This document shows positions 50,455 to 60,730 of a stretch of 64,000 nucleotides of DNA, one piece after another. Made by a program: the position numbers and the translations under genes. The DNA lies in the NCBI GenBank assembly GCA_001513335.1, contig LFTO01000116.1, positions 536-64,535 on the forward strand. Direction: 5' to 3'. This stretch comes from Clostridiales bacterium DTU086. GTDB lineage: Bacteria; Bacillota; DTU086. The notes beneath the pieces are model-generated. The model worked only from the letters and a program-made list of their open reading frames with translations. It had not been told where the DNA came from and made no database searches. Each line of letters opens with the position of its first letter. Within the stretch, counting starts at the first letter, position 1.

Positions 50455-51795
50455 ATGTTTTCTAAACTGCTGATTGCAAACAGGGGTGAGATAGCAGTAC
50501 GGATTATCAGGGCGTGCCAGGAGTTAGGAATCGCTACAGTGGCTGTCTATTCTCAATGTGATAAAGAAGCATTACACGTTGAACTTGCTGATGAAGCTGT
50601 ATGCATCGGGCCCAATCCCTCTTCCCAAAGCTATTTGAATATGGACAATATTCTTATGGCTGCCAAGACAAAAGGGGTTGATGCCATTCACCCGGGGTAT
50701 GGATTTCTTGCTGAGAATGATGTATTTGCCGAAAAGTGCGAACAGGAAGGGTTTGTTTTTGTGGGTCCTTCACCGGAAGCGATCAGGCTCATGGGTGCTA
50801 AGGCTGCCGCCAGGGAAACCATGGTCTCTGCCGGTGTTCCTGTAGTTCCCGGTTCCCAGGGACTGGTAGGCAGTGCCGCAGAGGCTGCGGCATTGGCAGG
50901 GCAGATTGGATATCCTGTGATGATCAAGGCTGCTTCCGGAGGCGGCGGTAAAGGAATGCGTGTGGCCTATAACGAAGAAGAGGTAATCAAGGGGTATCAG
51001 ACTGCACGTGGGGAGGCCGGTGCCGCTTTTGGAAATTCCGACCTCTATCTGGAGAAATTCATTCAGGAACCACGACATGTGGAGATTCAAATACTGGCAG
51101 ATAAATTTGGCAATATTATCTACCTGGGAGAACGTGATTGTTCTCTGCAGCGCAGGAATCAAAAGCTGTTGGAGGAATCACCTTCTCCTGCAGTGGATCC
51201 GGATCTGCGCCGGCGAATGGGAGAATGTGCCGTTAAAGCTGCCAAAGCTGCAAATTACTGCAGCGCAGGCACTGTAGAATTCTTATTGGACAAGGAAAAA
51301 AATTTCTACTTTATGGAGATGAATACACGTATTCAAGTAGAACACCCGGTTACAGAAATGGTTACCGGAATAGACCTGATTAAAGAACAGATTAGAATCG
51401 CGTCAGGGGAGCCCTTACGCCTAAAACAGGAAGACGTTCAATTCAGGGGCTGGGCTATTGAGTGCAGAATCAATGCTGAAGATCCGGAAAAGGGATTTCG
51501 TCCCTGCCCGGGAACAATAACCCGTTATCATGCCCCCGGAGGGAACGGTGTCCGTGTGGATACCGCCATATATACAGGTTACAGCATACCGCCTTTCTAT
51601 GATTCCATGATTGCAAAACTTATTGTTTGGGCTCCTACCCGTGAGGAAGCTGTACAGAGGATGAAACGCTCCCTCCAGGAATTAAAAATTGAAGGTGTCA
51701 GCACCACAGCATCTTTCCATTTAAAAGTTTTGGACAACCCGTTCTTTAATAAAGGGGAAGTATTTACCAACTTTATTGAAACTTACATGGTCTGA
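50455..51795 (+). CDS. accC: biotin carboxylase (AccC/pyruvate carboxylase subunit A)
   Basis: ATP-grasp motifs: [33 protein letters not shown]. Confidence 0.9.
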   Translation: MFSKLLIANRGEIAVRIIRACQELGIATVAVYSQCDKEALHVELADEAVCIGPNPSSQSYLNMDNILMAAKTKGVDAIHPGYGFLAENDVFAEKCEQEGFVFVGPSPEAIRLMGAKAAARETMVSAGVPVVPGSQGLVGSAAEAAALAGQIGYPVMIKAASGGGGKGMRVAYNEEEVIKGYQTARGEAGAAFGNSDLYLEKFIQEPRHVEIQILADKFGNIIYLGERDCSLQRRNQKLLEESPSPAVDPDLRRRMGECAVKAAKAANYCSAGTVEFLLDKEKNFYFMEMNTRIQVEHPVTEMVTGIDLIKEQIRIASGEPLRLKQEDVQFRGWAIECRINAEDPEKGFRPCPGTITRYHAPGGNGVRVDTAIYTGYSIPPFYDSMIAKLIVWAPTREEAVQRMKRSLQELKIEGVSTTASFHLKVLDNPFFNKGEVFTNFIETYMV

Positions 51796-51826
51796 GAGAA
51801 TTTAAGTAACCCGCGTAAAGAAAAGG

Positions 51827-51876
51827 AACCCGGCTTTACCTGTGCGTAAATAGCCGGGTTTGTTTTCAGTTTTTTA
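51827..51876 (+). terminator. intrinsic terminator
   Basis: AACCCGGCT-loop-AGCCGGGTT followed by a T-rich tract. Confidence 0.75.
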
Positions 51877-51959
51877 CAAACAAGCCATTAAAATCGAATT
51901 AGCTACAGCAATCCTTCCGCAATTCGGGTAAAATATAGAAAAGTGGAGGAGGGTTTAAT

Positions 51960-52340
51960 ATGGAGAATAAAATCTCTGGAGAAAGCGGAAACCTGAGAAT
52001 ATCTGAAGAAGTGGTGGCAGTAATTGCCGGCATCGCAACTACTAATGTTGAAGGAGTTGCGGGTATGAGCGGCGGCATAGCCGGTGGTATTGCGCAGCTT
52101 TTAGGGAAAAACAGCTTTGCCAAAGGGGTAAAAGTTAGTGTCCATGAAAAAGAGGCGGTTATCGATATTTTTGTCATCGTGAATTTCGGAGTTCGTATTC
52201 CCGAGGTAGCTTTTAAAATCCAGGAAAATGTCAAAAAGTCTGTGGAAAACATGACCGGTTTGCAGGTCAAGGAAGCAAACGTCCACGTTCAGGGTGTAAT
52301 TGCCGAAAAGGAATCCTTAGAAGAGGATACTGAAGAATAG
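51960..52340 (+). CDS. Asp23/Gls24-family alkaline shock protein
   Basis: ISEEVVAVIAGIATTNVEGVAGMSGG is typical of Asp23. Confidence 0.85.
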   Translation: MENKISGESGNLRISEEVVAVIAGIATTNVEGVAGMSGGIAGGIAQLLGKNSFAKGVKVSVHEKEAVIDIFVIVNFGVRIPEVAFKIQENVKKSVENMTGLQVKEANVHVQGVIAEKESLEEDTEE

Positions 52341-52393
52341 ATATACTTGTAGTATTATGCCACAAAAGACAACATCTGTCGGAGGTGTAATAT

Positions 52394-52798
52394 TTGAGCA
52401 GGAGAGTTGCAAGGGAAAAGGCCCTGCAGGTCTTATATGAGGTGGAAATGGGAGGCTCCGATATACAGGAAGCCTTTGAAAACTTCTACGGAGAGCTGAA
52501 CCTTGGTCCCCACAGCAGAAAGTTCGCTCAGGTCTTAGCCAGTGGAACTTGGGGGCAAAGGGAGGAAATAGACCGGCTGATTGGGAAATATACACGAAGA
52601 TGGAAAATTGAGCGCCTGGCAGCAATCGACAGGAATATTCTCCGCCTGGCTGTATTTGAAATGACTACTCAGCCGGACATACCACACGAAGTCTCTATTA
52701 ATGAAGCCGTTGAGCTGGCTAAAAAGTACAGTACCGATAAAGCTGCTTCTTTTGTTAATGCCATTCTTGACGGTATCAGTAAAGAGATAAGGCAGTGA
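52394..52798 (+). CDS. nusB: transcription antitermination factor NusB
   Basis: RRVAREKALQVLYEVEM..LAAIDRNILRLAVFE. Confidence 0.9.
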   Translation: MSRRVAREKALQVLYEVEMGGSDIQEAFENFYGELNLGPHSRKFAQVLASGTWGQREEIDRLIGKYTRRWKIERLAAIDRNILRLAVFEMTTQPDIPHEVSINEAVELAKKYSTDKAASFVNAILDGISKEIRQ

Positions 52799-52838
52799 GA
52801 GTATTGGAAAAAATGTTTTTCAAACGGGGGGAAATTAA

Positions 52839-53687
52839 ATGAGTGCAAAGATAATTGACGGGAAAGCCATGGCAATGGAAATACGACAGGAGATAAAGAA
52901 ACAGGTGGAGGAATTAGCCCAAAAAAATATAAAGCCCGGTCTGGCTGTGGTTCTTGTCGGAAATGATCCCGCATCCCAAATTTATGTCCGCGGCAAGGAA
53001 AAGGCGTGCAGTGAAGTAGGGATAGCTTCAGAAACAATAAGGCTGCCGGAGGATACTTCGGAAAGTGAGCTGCTAAATCTAATTTCCGGGCTGAATTCCC
53101 GCCAGGATGTCCATGGGATACTGGTTCAACTTCCTCTTCCAAAGCATATTGACTCGGATAAAATAATCAGGTCAATAGTCCCGGAAAAAGATGTGGACGG
53201 TTTTCATCCCATAAATGTAGGAAAGCTGGTATTGGGGCTTCCTGGGGTAAAACCATGTACACCCTATGGTTGTCTGAAAATGCTCCAAAAATATGAGATA
53301 GCCATTGAAGGGAAAAAAGCCGTTGTTATCGGACGCAGCAACATTGTAGGCAAGCCTGTGGCCTTGATGCTTCTCCAGGAAAATGCAACAGTATCTATCT
53401 GTCATTCAAGAACAAAAGAACTTTCGGAGTATACTAAAGAAGCTGATATTTTAATTGCTGCTGCAGGTAAGCCTTTCTTGATCAAACCTGATATGGTAAA
53501 GCCGGGCGCTGCAGTCATTGATGTTGGCCAAAACAAACTGCCCGACGGAAAACTGGTTGGTGATGTAGATTTTACCGGTGTATCCCAGGTGGCCGGCTGG
53601 ATTACACCGGTTCCCGGCGGGGTGGGACCTATGACTATCGCCATGCTGCTTTATAATACTCTGGAGTCTGCAAAAAGACTGTGTTAG
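52839..53687 (+). CDS. folD: bifunctional methylenetetrahydrofolate dehydrogenase/cyclohydrolase
   Basis: IIDGKAMA..GILVQLPLP..VVIGRSNIVGKP..GGVGPMT. Confidence 0.95.
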   Translation: MSAKIIDGKAMAMEIRQEIKKQVEELAQKNIKPGLAVVLVGNDPASQIYVRGKEKACSEVGIASETIRLPEDTSESELLNLISGLNSRQDVHGILVQLPLPKHIDSDKIIRSIVPEKDVDGFHPINVGKLVLGLPGVKPCTPYGCLKMLQKYEIAIEGKKAVVIGRSNIVGKPVALMLLQENATVSICHSRTKELSEYTKEADILIAAAGKPFLIKPDMVKPGAAVIDVGQNKLPDGKLVGDVDFTGVSQVAGWITPVPGGVGPMTIAMLLYNTLESAKRLC

Positions 53688-54904
53688 AACAGAAAATTTA
53701 TACCGTCCGCGAATTAACCAACTACATACGCACGATTTTAGAAGCGGATACGAAGTTGGCCAATGTTTGGATAAAAGGGGAAATTTCCAATTTTAAGATG
53801 CATTCCTCCGGTCACCTTTACTTTACATTAAAGGACAGCGATGCAGCTATTAAGTGTGTCATGTTCCGGTCTCGGGGTGCAAAAATTAAGTTCCGGCCTG
53901 AAGATGGTATGGAGGTTATAGCCAAGGGGTATATCTCTATCTACGAGCGTATGGGGCAGTACCAGCTTTACGTGGAAGAAATGGACCCCTTCGGACTCGG
54001 TGAACTGTATATGGCCTACGAGCAGCTGAAAGCTAAGCTGCAGGAAGAGGGGTTATTCGACGTTCAGAAAAAAAAGCCCCTGCCTCCGGTGCCGTCTAAA
54101 GTTGCGGTGATTACCTCTCCTACAGGTGCAGCTATCCGCGATGTACTCAATGTATTAAACAGGCGCTTTCCGGGAATATATATCCTTTTTGTCCCTGCAG
54201 TTGTTCAGGGGGCTGAAGCGCCTCGTTCAATTGTCAAAGCCCTTAATACCGTCAATAAGCACGGAGCTGCAGAGGTAATCCTGTTGGTTAGAGGTGGAGG
54301 CTCCATTGAAGAGCTGTGGGGGTTTAACTCCGAGGAAGTAGCCCGTGCAGTTGCAGCTTCGGAAATTCCGGTAATTACAGGGGTAGGCCATGAAACTGAC
54401 TTTACAATTGTAGATTTTGTTGCTGACAGGCGGGCTCCTACTCCCTCAGCAGCTGCAGAAATTGCCGTGCCTGTAAAGAAAGACCTGCTTTTGTCGGTGG
54501 AACGCTGTAGTAGAATGATTAAGGCTCTTACTGCCAGGCATATTCGCGAGCGCAGGACCAAGCTGGACAAGGTTACTTCTTCCCGTGTGATCCAGAAGCC
54601 TGACAATTTGCTGAACGAATACCGGCTTAGCCTGGATTATAATGAACAGAGGCTCTCCTCCGCCGTGAATATGGTTCTGACTTCATATAAAAGCAGGTTT
54701 GAAGCTGCGGCAGGTAAATTGGATGCCCTGAGCCCCCTAAGAATACTTGCCCGGGGATATGCAATTTGCCGAAAAAATAACGAAATTATAGGAGACGTAA
54801 AACTTGTAGAAGTTGGCGATGATGTGGAAGTGATTTTGCGCAAAGGCAGCCTAATTTGCCAGGTTAATAAGAGGAGGGGAGACTTGGCATGGAAGAAGAA
54901 TTAA
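53681..54904 (+). CDS. xseA: exodeoxyribonuclease VII large subunit
   Basis: GTG start overlapping the folD stop. OB-fold N-terminus, VRGGGSIEEL. Confidence 0.9.
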   Translation: MLEQKIYTVRELTNYIRTILEADTKLANVWIKGEISNFKMHSSGHLYFTLKDSDAAIKCVMFRSRGAKIKFRPEDGMEVIAKGYISIYERMGQYQLYVEEMDPFGLGELYMAYEQLKAKLQEEGLFDVQKKKPLPPVPSKVAVITSPTGAAIRDVLNVLNRRFPGIYILFVPAVVQGAEAPRSIVKALNTVNKHGAAEVILLVRGGGSIEELWGFNSEEVARAVAASEIPVITGVGHETDFTIVDFVADRRAPTPSAAAEIAVPVKKDLLLSVERCSRMIKALTARHIRERRTKLDKVTSSRVIQKPDNLLNEYRLSLDYNEQRLSSAVNMVLTSYKSRFEAAAGKLDALSPLRILARGYAICRKNNEIIGDVKLVEVGDDVEVILRKGSLICQVNKRRGDLAWKKN

Positions 54905-55155
54905 CAAAAGAAACCAACGAGTTAAGTTTCGATGCCGCGTTAAAAGAGCTCGAGGACAGAGTTAAAAAGCTGGAAGATGGGCAACTTCCCCTTGAAGAAG
55001 CTCTTGAGTGTTTCAAAGAAGGCATCTATTTAGTAAGAATATGCAACTCAAAGCTGAAAGATTCTGAAACAGTTATCCGGCAGCTGGTTGAAGAAGAGGA
55101 CGGCAGTATCAGCGAAACCGTGCCGGAAATAAACCGGGGCGGTGATTTTAATTGA
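54889..55155 (+). CDS. xseB: exodeoxyribonuclease VII small subunit
   Basis: 88 aa. FDAALKELEDRVKKLEDGQLPLEEAL. Confidence 0.9.
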   Translation: MEEELTKETNELSFDAALKELEDRVKKLEDGQLPLEEALECFKEGIYLVRICNSKLKDSETVIRQLVEEEDGSISETVPEINRGGDFN

Positions 55156-56036
55156 ATATCAAGGAATACCTTGCAGAAAAGAAAGCAGTAATTGATGCGG
55201 CGCTAGATGAAATTCTTCCTGCAGAAGATGTTAAACCGCAGACCATTCATAAGGCAATGCGCTACAGCGTTTTTGCCGGCGGCAAAAGACTGCGGCCTAT
55301 TCTGGTAATGGCTTCCGCAGAGGCCGTGGGCGGAAAAGGTAATGATGTCCTCCCTGCAGCCTGTGCATTGGAGATGATACATTCATATTCCCTTATTCAT
55401 GATGACCTACCAGCAATGGATGATGATGATTACCGGCGGGGGATGCTTACCAATCATAAGGTATTTGGGGAGGCAATGGCTATCCTGGCGGGGGATGCCC
55501 TCCTGACCCATGCCTTTTATGTTCTTTCTCATTGCTTAAAATATTTTCCAGCTGAATCAGTTAACCAGGTTGTTGGTGAGGTTTCGAAGGCTGCCGGTAC
55601 TTTTGGAATGGTTGGCGGACAGGTGGTCGACATTGAGTCAGAGGGAAAAGACATTTCCAGGGAGGAATTGGATTATATTCATGAAAATAAAACTGCGGCC
55701 CTTTTTGTAGCTTCCGTCCGTACAGGGGGAATTCTTGCAGGTGCGAACAGCGTACAGATGGACGCTCTGACTGACTACGCAAGGCACCTGGGGCTGGCAT
55801 TTCAGATTACTGATGATATTTTAGACATCACCGGAGATTCCGGCAAACTGGGCAAAAATACCGGGAGTGATACACGCAAAAAAAAGGTAACTTTTCCTCT
55901 TCTTTACGGTCTTGAAGAGTCAAGAAAAATGGCACTGGATGAGAGTAGAAAAGCTGGAGAAATTGTCCGGACACTGGGCAACAGGGCAAAGCCCCTGGAA
56001 GAAATTGTCCTTTATTTGGTTTCAAGGGACTTTTAG
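55152..56036 (+). CDS. ispA: farnesyl diphosphate synthase (geranyltranstransferase)
   Basis: FARM LIHDDLPAMDDDDYRRG and SARM FQITDDILD motifs. Confidence 0.9.
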   Translation: MNIKEYLAEKKAVIDAALDEILPAEDVKPQTIHKAMRYSVFAGGKRLRPILVMASAEAVGGKGNDVLPAACALEMIHSYSLIHDDLPAMDDDDYRRGMLTNHKVFGEAMAILAGDALLTHAFYVLSHCLKYFPAESVNQVVGEVSKAAGTFGMVGGQVVDIESEGKDISREELDYIHENKTAALFVASVRTGGILAGANSVQMDALTDYARHLGLAFQITDDILDITGDSGKLGKNTGSDTRKKKVTFPLLYGLEESRKMALDESRKAGEIVRTLGNRAKPLEEIVLYLVSRDF

Positions 56037-56051
56037 GAGTTTTTTCACCAA

Positions 56052-56081
56052 TTGAAAAAACTTACGATTTCATGGTATAAT
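56052..56081 (+). promoter_or_regulatory. strong extended -10 sigma-A promoter (TTGAAA-18-TGGTATAAT)
   Basis: TTGAAA at 56052-56057. TGgTATAAT at 56073-56081. It drives the about 660-nt non-coding transcript. Confidence 0.7.
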
Positions 56082-56087
56082 ATATCC

Positions 56088-56748
56088 TGTGTAAATAGGG
56101 GTGGCGCAGTATTCTAGTCAAGTTTCATTACTCTGAAGGCGGGCCTAAAAATCCGTCAAAGGGCACATCGATGAAGTTCCTGGTGGTGGCTGCTGACGCC
56201 CAGTCGGGGGTTGCTGCTGGGAGTTAAGGGGTTGGGGCGATCTGCAAAGGCATGCAGGCGTTGACCCTAGCCCCGTGGAGACCCAAGTGCGTGGTGCAAA
56301 AACATATATTTTGATTACGGCTTGGGAGTAAACCTGTATTCGGTACGGAATAGTGCTGGGTACAGTGTAGCCTGCCTTGAGCGGCTCTGGCGGAGACGCA
56401 GAAAAAGGCAGTTATTGGGAGAGGCCTAACCCAATGATTGTCTTGGTTGAAACCTTTGCTGCAAAAGAGGCTAGGAGTAAATGCAACTTGTTGAAGAAAA
56501 TTCCTAGACTGTTTGCTTCGAAAGGCAAGGTGTGTCAGGGATTAAAGTGTGTGCTAAGTGGTAATCCAGTCCTGCTATCAATAGCAGACCTTTCCTTAAA
56601 GGGAAACCGCTGTTTCGGTGACGGGCAGTGGAAAGGTGGGAAACCCTGCTGGACCTAAGCCGCAAAGTTTACCTGACTCACTGCCACCCGGATACGAGAA
56701 TCCTAAAGACGGGGATAGGCTTCCTCGTCTTTCGTTCTATGTGCGGTA
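56088..56748 (+). ncRNA. probable OLE RNA (ornate large extremophilic RNA)
   Basis: About 660 nt with no credible ORF, lying between ispA and an OapA-like membrane gene followed by dxs. This is the known OLE context. It has its own strong promoter and ends in a hairpin GACGGGGA..TCCTCGTC followed by TTTCGTTCT. I did not verify the sequence motifs from memory. Confidence 0.6.
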
Positions 56749-56783
56749 AAATCTATTATTTCTCTAAAAAGTGAGGGTAAAAG

Positions 56784-57374
56784 TTGAAAGGGAACATCTT
56801 GCCCCATGCACTTAAAAACGGAATCTTAATAGGACTTGGGACATTAGTTTTGTCCGTTATTTTTAATTTAGGGTCACAATTTATGTTGGACTTTCTCCAT
56901 TCTATTATTTTTAAATTTATTCTTTTATTTATCATTATACTTATAGGAGTGTTTTTTGATATTATTGGGGTTTCAGCTGCAGCGGCAAGTGAAGGTCCAG
57001 CCCATGCACAGGCAGCAACCCGAACATTTGGTGCCAGGCAAGCGGTTAAAATAATACGCAACGCAGATCGTGTCTCCAGCTTCTGTAATGATGTTGTTGG
57101 AGACGTGTGCGGTATTTTAAGCGGGGCAATTGGTACTGCTATTCTTTTTGAACTGATATTAAATTCTGGAGGTGTGGAGGAGCTGGTTTTTAGCACCTTG
57201 ATGACTGCCTCAATTGCTTCTGTAACTGTTGGTGGAAAGGCTGCTGGAAAAAGTTTTGCTATTGCTAATGCCAACGATATAATACTAAAGGTAGGAATGT
57301 TCATGGCGGTTATAGAAAGAACACTTGGAATCACCCTGTTTGGCAGTGGAGTGAAAAAAGGGAGGACAAAATGA
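56784..57374 (+). CDS. oapA: OapA-like small polytopic membrane protein (OLE-associated protein A candidate)
   Basis: 196 aa with about 4 TM helices, directly between the putative OLE RNA and dxs. TTG start. Confidence 0.55.
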   Translation: MKGNILPHALKNGILIGLGTLVLSVIFNLGSQFMLDFLHSIIFKFILLFIIILIGVFFDIIGVSAAAASEGPAHAQAATRTFGARQAVKIIRNADRVSSFCNDVVGDVCGILSGAIGTAILFELILNSGGVEELVFSTLMTASIASVTVGGKAAGKSFAIANANDIILKVGMFMAVIERTLGITLFGSGVKKGRTK

Positions 57375-59242
57375 GCTCTATTTTGGATAAGGTGAACAGT
57401 CCTAAAGATCTAAGGCACCTGTCCACCGCGGAAATTAAACAGCTGGCACAAGAGTTAAGGAACTTAATAATTGAGACAGTATCTCATACAGGGGGGCATT
57501 TAGCTTCCAGTTTGGGAGTAGTTGAACTTACTTTGGCTTTACACAGTGTATTTGACACACCTAAAGATAAAATAATCTGGGACGTTGGCCACCAGTGCTA
57601 TGCACATAAAATTCTCACCGGTAGAAAAAACTCCTTTTCTACCCTTCGACAATACGGCGGCATAAGTGGTTTTCCAAAGCGGGAAGAGAGTATTTTTGAT
57701 GTTTTCGAAACCGGCCACTCCAGCACTTCAATATCTGCTGCCCTGGGAATGGCACTTGCCCGTGACCACAAAGGTGAGGATTATAACGTTATAGCAGTTA
57801 TCGGAGACGGCTCACTGACCGGAGGAATGTCTTTTGAGGCTTTGAACTATGCCGGTGATTTAGGATGCAACCTTATTGTGGTCCTCAATGATAATAAGAT
57901 GTCAATTGGCAGGAACGTAGGGGCATTATCCCAGTATTTGAGCCGGTTAAGAACTGATCCGGCCTACTTTAAAAGTAAAGAAGAAATGGAAGTCTTCATG
58001 AAACGCCTGCCTTACGGCCACCGATTCCTCAAGTTGGCAGAAAGACTGAAAGATGGAATAAAGTACCTTATTATACCGGGCATCATCTTTGAGGAACTGG
58101 GGTTTACCTACCTGGGACCTATTGACGGCCATGACCTTGAGGCTGTAAAATCTGTCCTCTCCAGCACCAAAACCCTTAAAGGGCCTGTAATAGTTCACCT
58201 GGTTACCAAAAAAGGTAAAGGTTATCCTCCGGCGGAAGAAAAACCTGACCTGTTTCACGGTGTTGGTTCCTTTGCTGTTAACACAGGAAAACCGACAAAA
58301 AAGGAAGGACCTCCCACATATACAAAAGTGTTTGCTGACACTTTAATCAGGTTGGCAGAAAACAGACCGGAAGTTGTCGCTATTACTGCGGCCATGCCCG
58401 GGGGGACAGGGTTGGATTTATTTGCAAAACACTATCCTGAAAGGTACTATGATGTAGGGATTGCAGAGCAAAACGCCGTTACAGTTGCCGCAGGAATGGC
58501 TTCCCAGGGCTTAAAACCTGTGGTTGCTATTTATTCTACTTTTTTGCAAAGGGCATATGACCAGGTGATCCATGATGTATGCATGCAAAAACTCCCCGTC
58601 GTTTTTGCCCTGGACAGAGCAGGTATCGTGGGAGAAGACGGGGAAACTCACCAGGGAGTATTTGATCTGTCCTACCTCAGGCCAATTCCCAATATTGTGG
58701 TAATGACTCCGAAAGATGAAAATGAACTCCGGCATATGCTGGCTACTGCTCTCGACCACGAAGGGCCAATAGCTGTCCGCTATCCCAGAGGAAAGGGAAT
58801 AGGAGTACCTCTGGATGAGGAAATTACTTCTATCCCCATTGGGAAAGCCGTTGTAGAAAAACAGGGGAGTGATGCGGCTATATTTGCCGTTGGCCCCCAT
58901 GTATATACAGGTCTGGCAGCCAGCGATGAATTGTCGCGAATAGGAATCAGTGCGGGAGTTGTCAACTGCAGGTTCGTTAAGCCTTTGGACTCCCAACTGA
59001 TTATCGAAACTGCCCGTAAGGTAAAGCTGATCGTGACTGTAGAAGAAAACGTTTTAGGCGGGGGTTTTGGCTCCGGAATACTGGAACTGTTGACCCAGCA
59101 TGGTATTGACAACGTGTCTGTCGTAAGAATCGGGTTGCCGGACTGCTTTATCCAGCATGGTGCTCCTGACATATTGCGTAAGGAATTTGGTCTTACAGTG
59201 GAGTCAATTGTCAATACTATAAGCGACAGGCTGGGATCTTGA
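57371..59242 (+). CDS. dxs: 1-deoxy-D-xylulose-5-phosphate synthase
   Basis: TPP motif [15 protein letters not shown]; the start [13 protein letters not shown] is typical of Dxs. 623 aa. Confidence 0.95.
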   Translation: MSSILDKVNSPKDLRHLSTAEIKQLAQELRNLIIETVSHTGGHLASSLGVVELTLALHSVFDTPKDKIIWDVGHQCYAHKILTGRKNSFSTLRQYGGISGFPKREESIFDVFETGHSSTSISAALGMALARDHKGEDYNVIAVIGDGSLTGGMSFEALNYAGDLGCNLIVVLNDNKMSIGRNVGALSQYLSRLRTDPAYFKSKEEMEVFMKRLPYGHRFLKLAERLKDGIKYLIIPGIIFEELGFTYLGPIDGHDLEAVKSVLSSTKTLKGPVIVHLVTKKGKGYPPAEEKPDLFHGVGSFAVNTGKPTKKEGPPTYTKVFADTLIRLAENRPEVVAITAAMPGGTGLDLFAKHYPERYYDVGIAEQNAVTVAAGMASQGLKPVVAIYSTFLQRAYDQVIHDVCMQKLPVVFALDRAGIVGEDGETHQGVFDLSYLRPIPNIVVMTPKDENELRHMLATALDHEGPIAVRYPRGKGIGVPLDEEITSIPIGKAVVEKQGSDAAIFAVGPHVYTGLAASDELSRIGISAGVVNCRFVKPLDSQLIIETARKVKLIVTVEENVLGGGFGSGILELLTQHGIDNVSVVRIGLPDCFIQHGAPDILRKEFGLTVESIVNTISDRLGS

Positions 59243-59259
59243 AATCCGTGCCTTAGGAG

Positions 59260-60072
59260 TTGACCGCCTTGGCAAAAAAAGGGGATAGACTGGACATTGT
59301 CCTAGTTAATCAAGGTTTTTTTGAAAGCCGGACAAGGGCTCAAACAGCAGTAATGGAAGGCACTGTCCTTGTTAACGGGATTAAAGTGACTAAACCGGGC
59401 ACTCCTGTTGCGGCAGATGCCGTAATACGCATTATTGGAGAACAACTTCCTTATGTCAGCAGGGGTGGGCTCAAACTTGAAAAAGCTGCGAAAGTATTCA
59501 GATTATCCTTTGAAGGTAAAAATATAGTGGATATAGGTGCTTCAACAGGTGGTTTTACTGACTGTGCTCTAAAAATGGGTGCCAAAAAGGTATTTGCCGT
59601 GGATGTGGGTTACGGACAGTTGGCTTGGAAGCTGCGCCGGGACCCACGAGTCGTAAACATGGAAAGGCATAACGCTAGGTACCTTACCCCTGGTGACATT
59701 GGAGAACAGGTAGATCTGGTTACAATTGACGCTTCTTTTATATCGCTGGAAAAGCTTGTTGGCCCGGCTTTTAATATTTTGAAAGAAAAGGGCGAACTTG
59801 TTGCCCTGATTAAACCCCAATTCGAAGCCGGGAAGGAAAATGTGGGGAAAAAAGGAGTCGTAAAAAGCCCGGAAGTTCACGTTGAAGTAATAAACAGCAC
59901 TATCTCTATACTCCAAAGGACGGGCTTCAGCATTGCTGGCTTAACCTACTCACCCATCAGGGGGCCAAAAGGGAATATTGAATACCTTGTATACGCAGTA
60001 AAAGGCGAAAAAGAGTCTACTTCGGAAATTGATGTCCGTGCTGTGGTAGAGGAGGCATGGCGTTCACTTTAG
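59260..60072 (+). CDS. tlyA: TlyA-family rRNA 2'-O-methyltransferase (haemolysin A-like)
   Basis: S4 domain RLDIVLVNQGFFESRTRAQ. Methyltransferase motif VDIGASTGGFTDC. An alternative TTG start at 59269 has better RBS spacing. Confidence 0.85.
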   Translation: MTALAKKGDRLDIVLVNQGFFESRTRAQTAVMEGTVLVNGIKVTKPGTPVAADAVIRIIGEQLPYVSRGGLKLEKAAKVFRLSFEGKNIVDIGASTGGFTDCALKMGAKKVFAVDVGYGQLAWKLRRDPRVVNMERHNARYLTPGDIGEQVDLVTIDASFISLEKLVGPAFNILKEKGELVALIKPQFEAGKENVGKKGVVKSPEVHVEVINSTISILQRTGFSIAGLTYSPIRGPKGNIEYLVYAVKGEKESTSEIDVRAVVEEAWRSL

Positions 60073-60165
60073 TTCTTCATGTCCCAGTGCAATATGACTT
60101 TCACCTCCGGCCTTTGGGTAATATCTTTTTTTCCGGTGAAACAGTAAAAAGGAAAAAGCAGGTTA

Positions 60166-60717
60166 TTGGTTGAAGTAGTACGGGGGTGTGTATTTATGCA
60201 GCCGATTGACTTGCTGATAGTTTGTGTACTGGTAATAAGCGGGCTCACAGTTTTTCTTTACCGCAGACTTAAAGCATCTGCTTTACATAATAAACTGAAC
60301 AGTGCTGGGCGTAGTAAACTTAAAACCTTGGAACTGTTGGAGGAAAGGGGATATAAGATAGTCGACTGTGACCGCAGCATTGAAGTATGCTCAATTATTG
60401 ACGGAAAAACATATAGTGATATCCTTATCGCAGATTTTGAAGTTCAAAAGGGTCACCTGCGCTATCTTGTAAAAATTGCGGGAGGACAGTCTTCCAGGTT
60501 GGGTTATAGGGAAAACAGGGAAAACCTTATCGGTATATCTGCTGTTTTCCGTTATCCCAACCTTTTGCTTGTTGACCCTGAGCGCAAAAATATCAGGTTA
60601 ATGAAAACTGCGTTCAAGGAACCCTTTCACAATAAAATTAACCGGCTCAAAAAACCCCTATTCTTTTTTATCCTGGGTTCTTTATGTACAATAATAGCGG
60701 GGTATCGCTTTCTCTAA
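60166..60717 (+). CDS. hypothetical membrane-anchored protein
   Basis: N-terminal TM helix (alternative ATG start at 60196) and a C-terminal TM helix. No family recognised. Confidence 0.45.
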   Translation: MVEVVRGCVFMQPIDLLIVCVLVISGLTVFLYRRLKASALHNKLNSAGRSKLKTLELLEERGYKIVDCDRSIEVCSIIDGKTYSDILIADFEVQKGHLRYLVKIAGGQSSRLGYRENRENLIGISAVFRYPNLLLVDPERKNIRLMKTAFKEPFHNKINRLKKPLFFFILGSLCTIIAGYRFL

Positions 60718-60730
60718 AGGAGGTTTTTGT

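Noticed and set aside
56377-56658. 93-aa ORF inside the ispA-dxs gap
   Set aside because: No RBS, Gly- and Lys-rich with odd composition, and it lies within the putative OLE RNA. It is more likely a spurious open frame in a GC-rich structured RNA.
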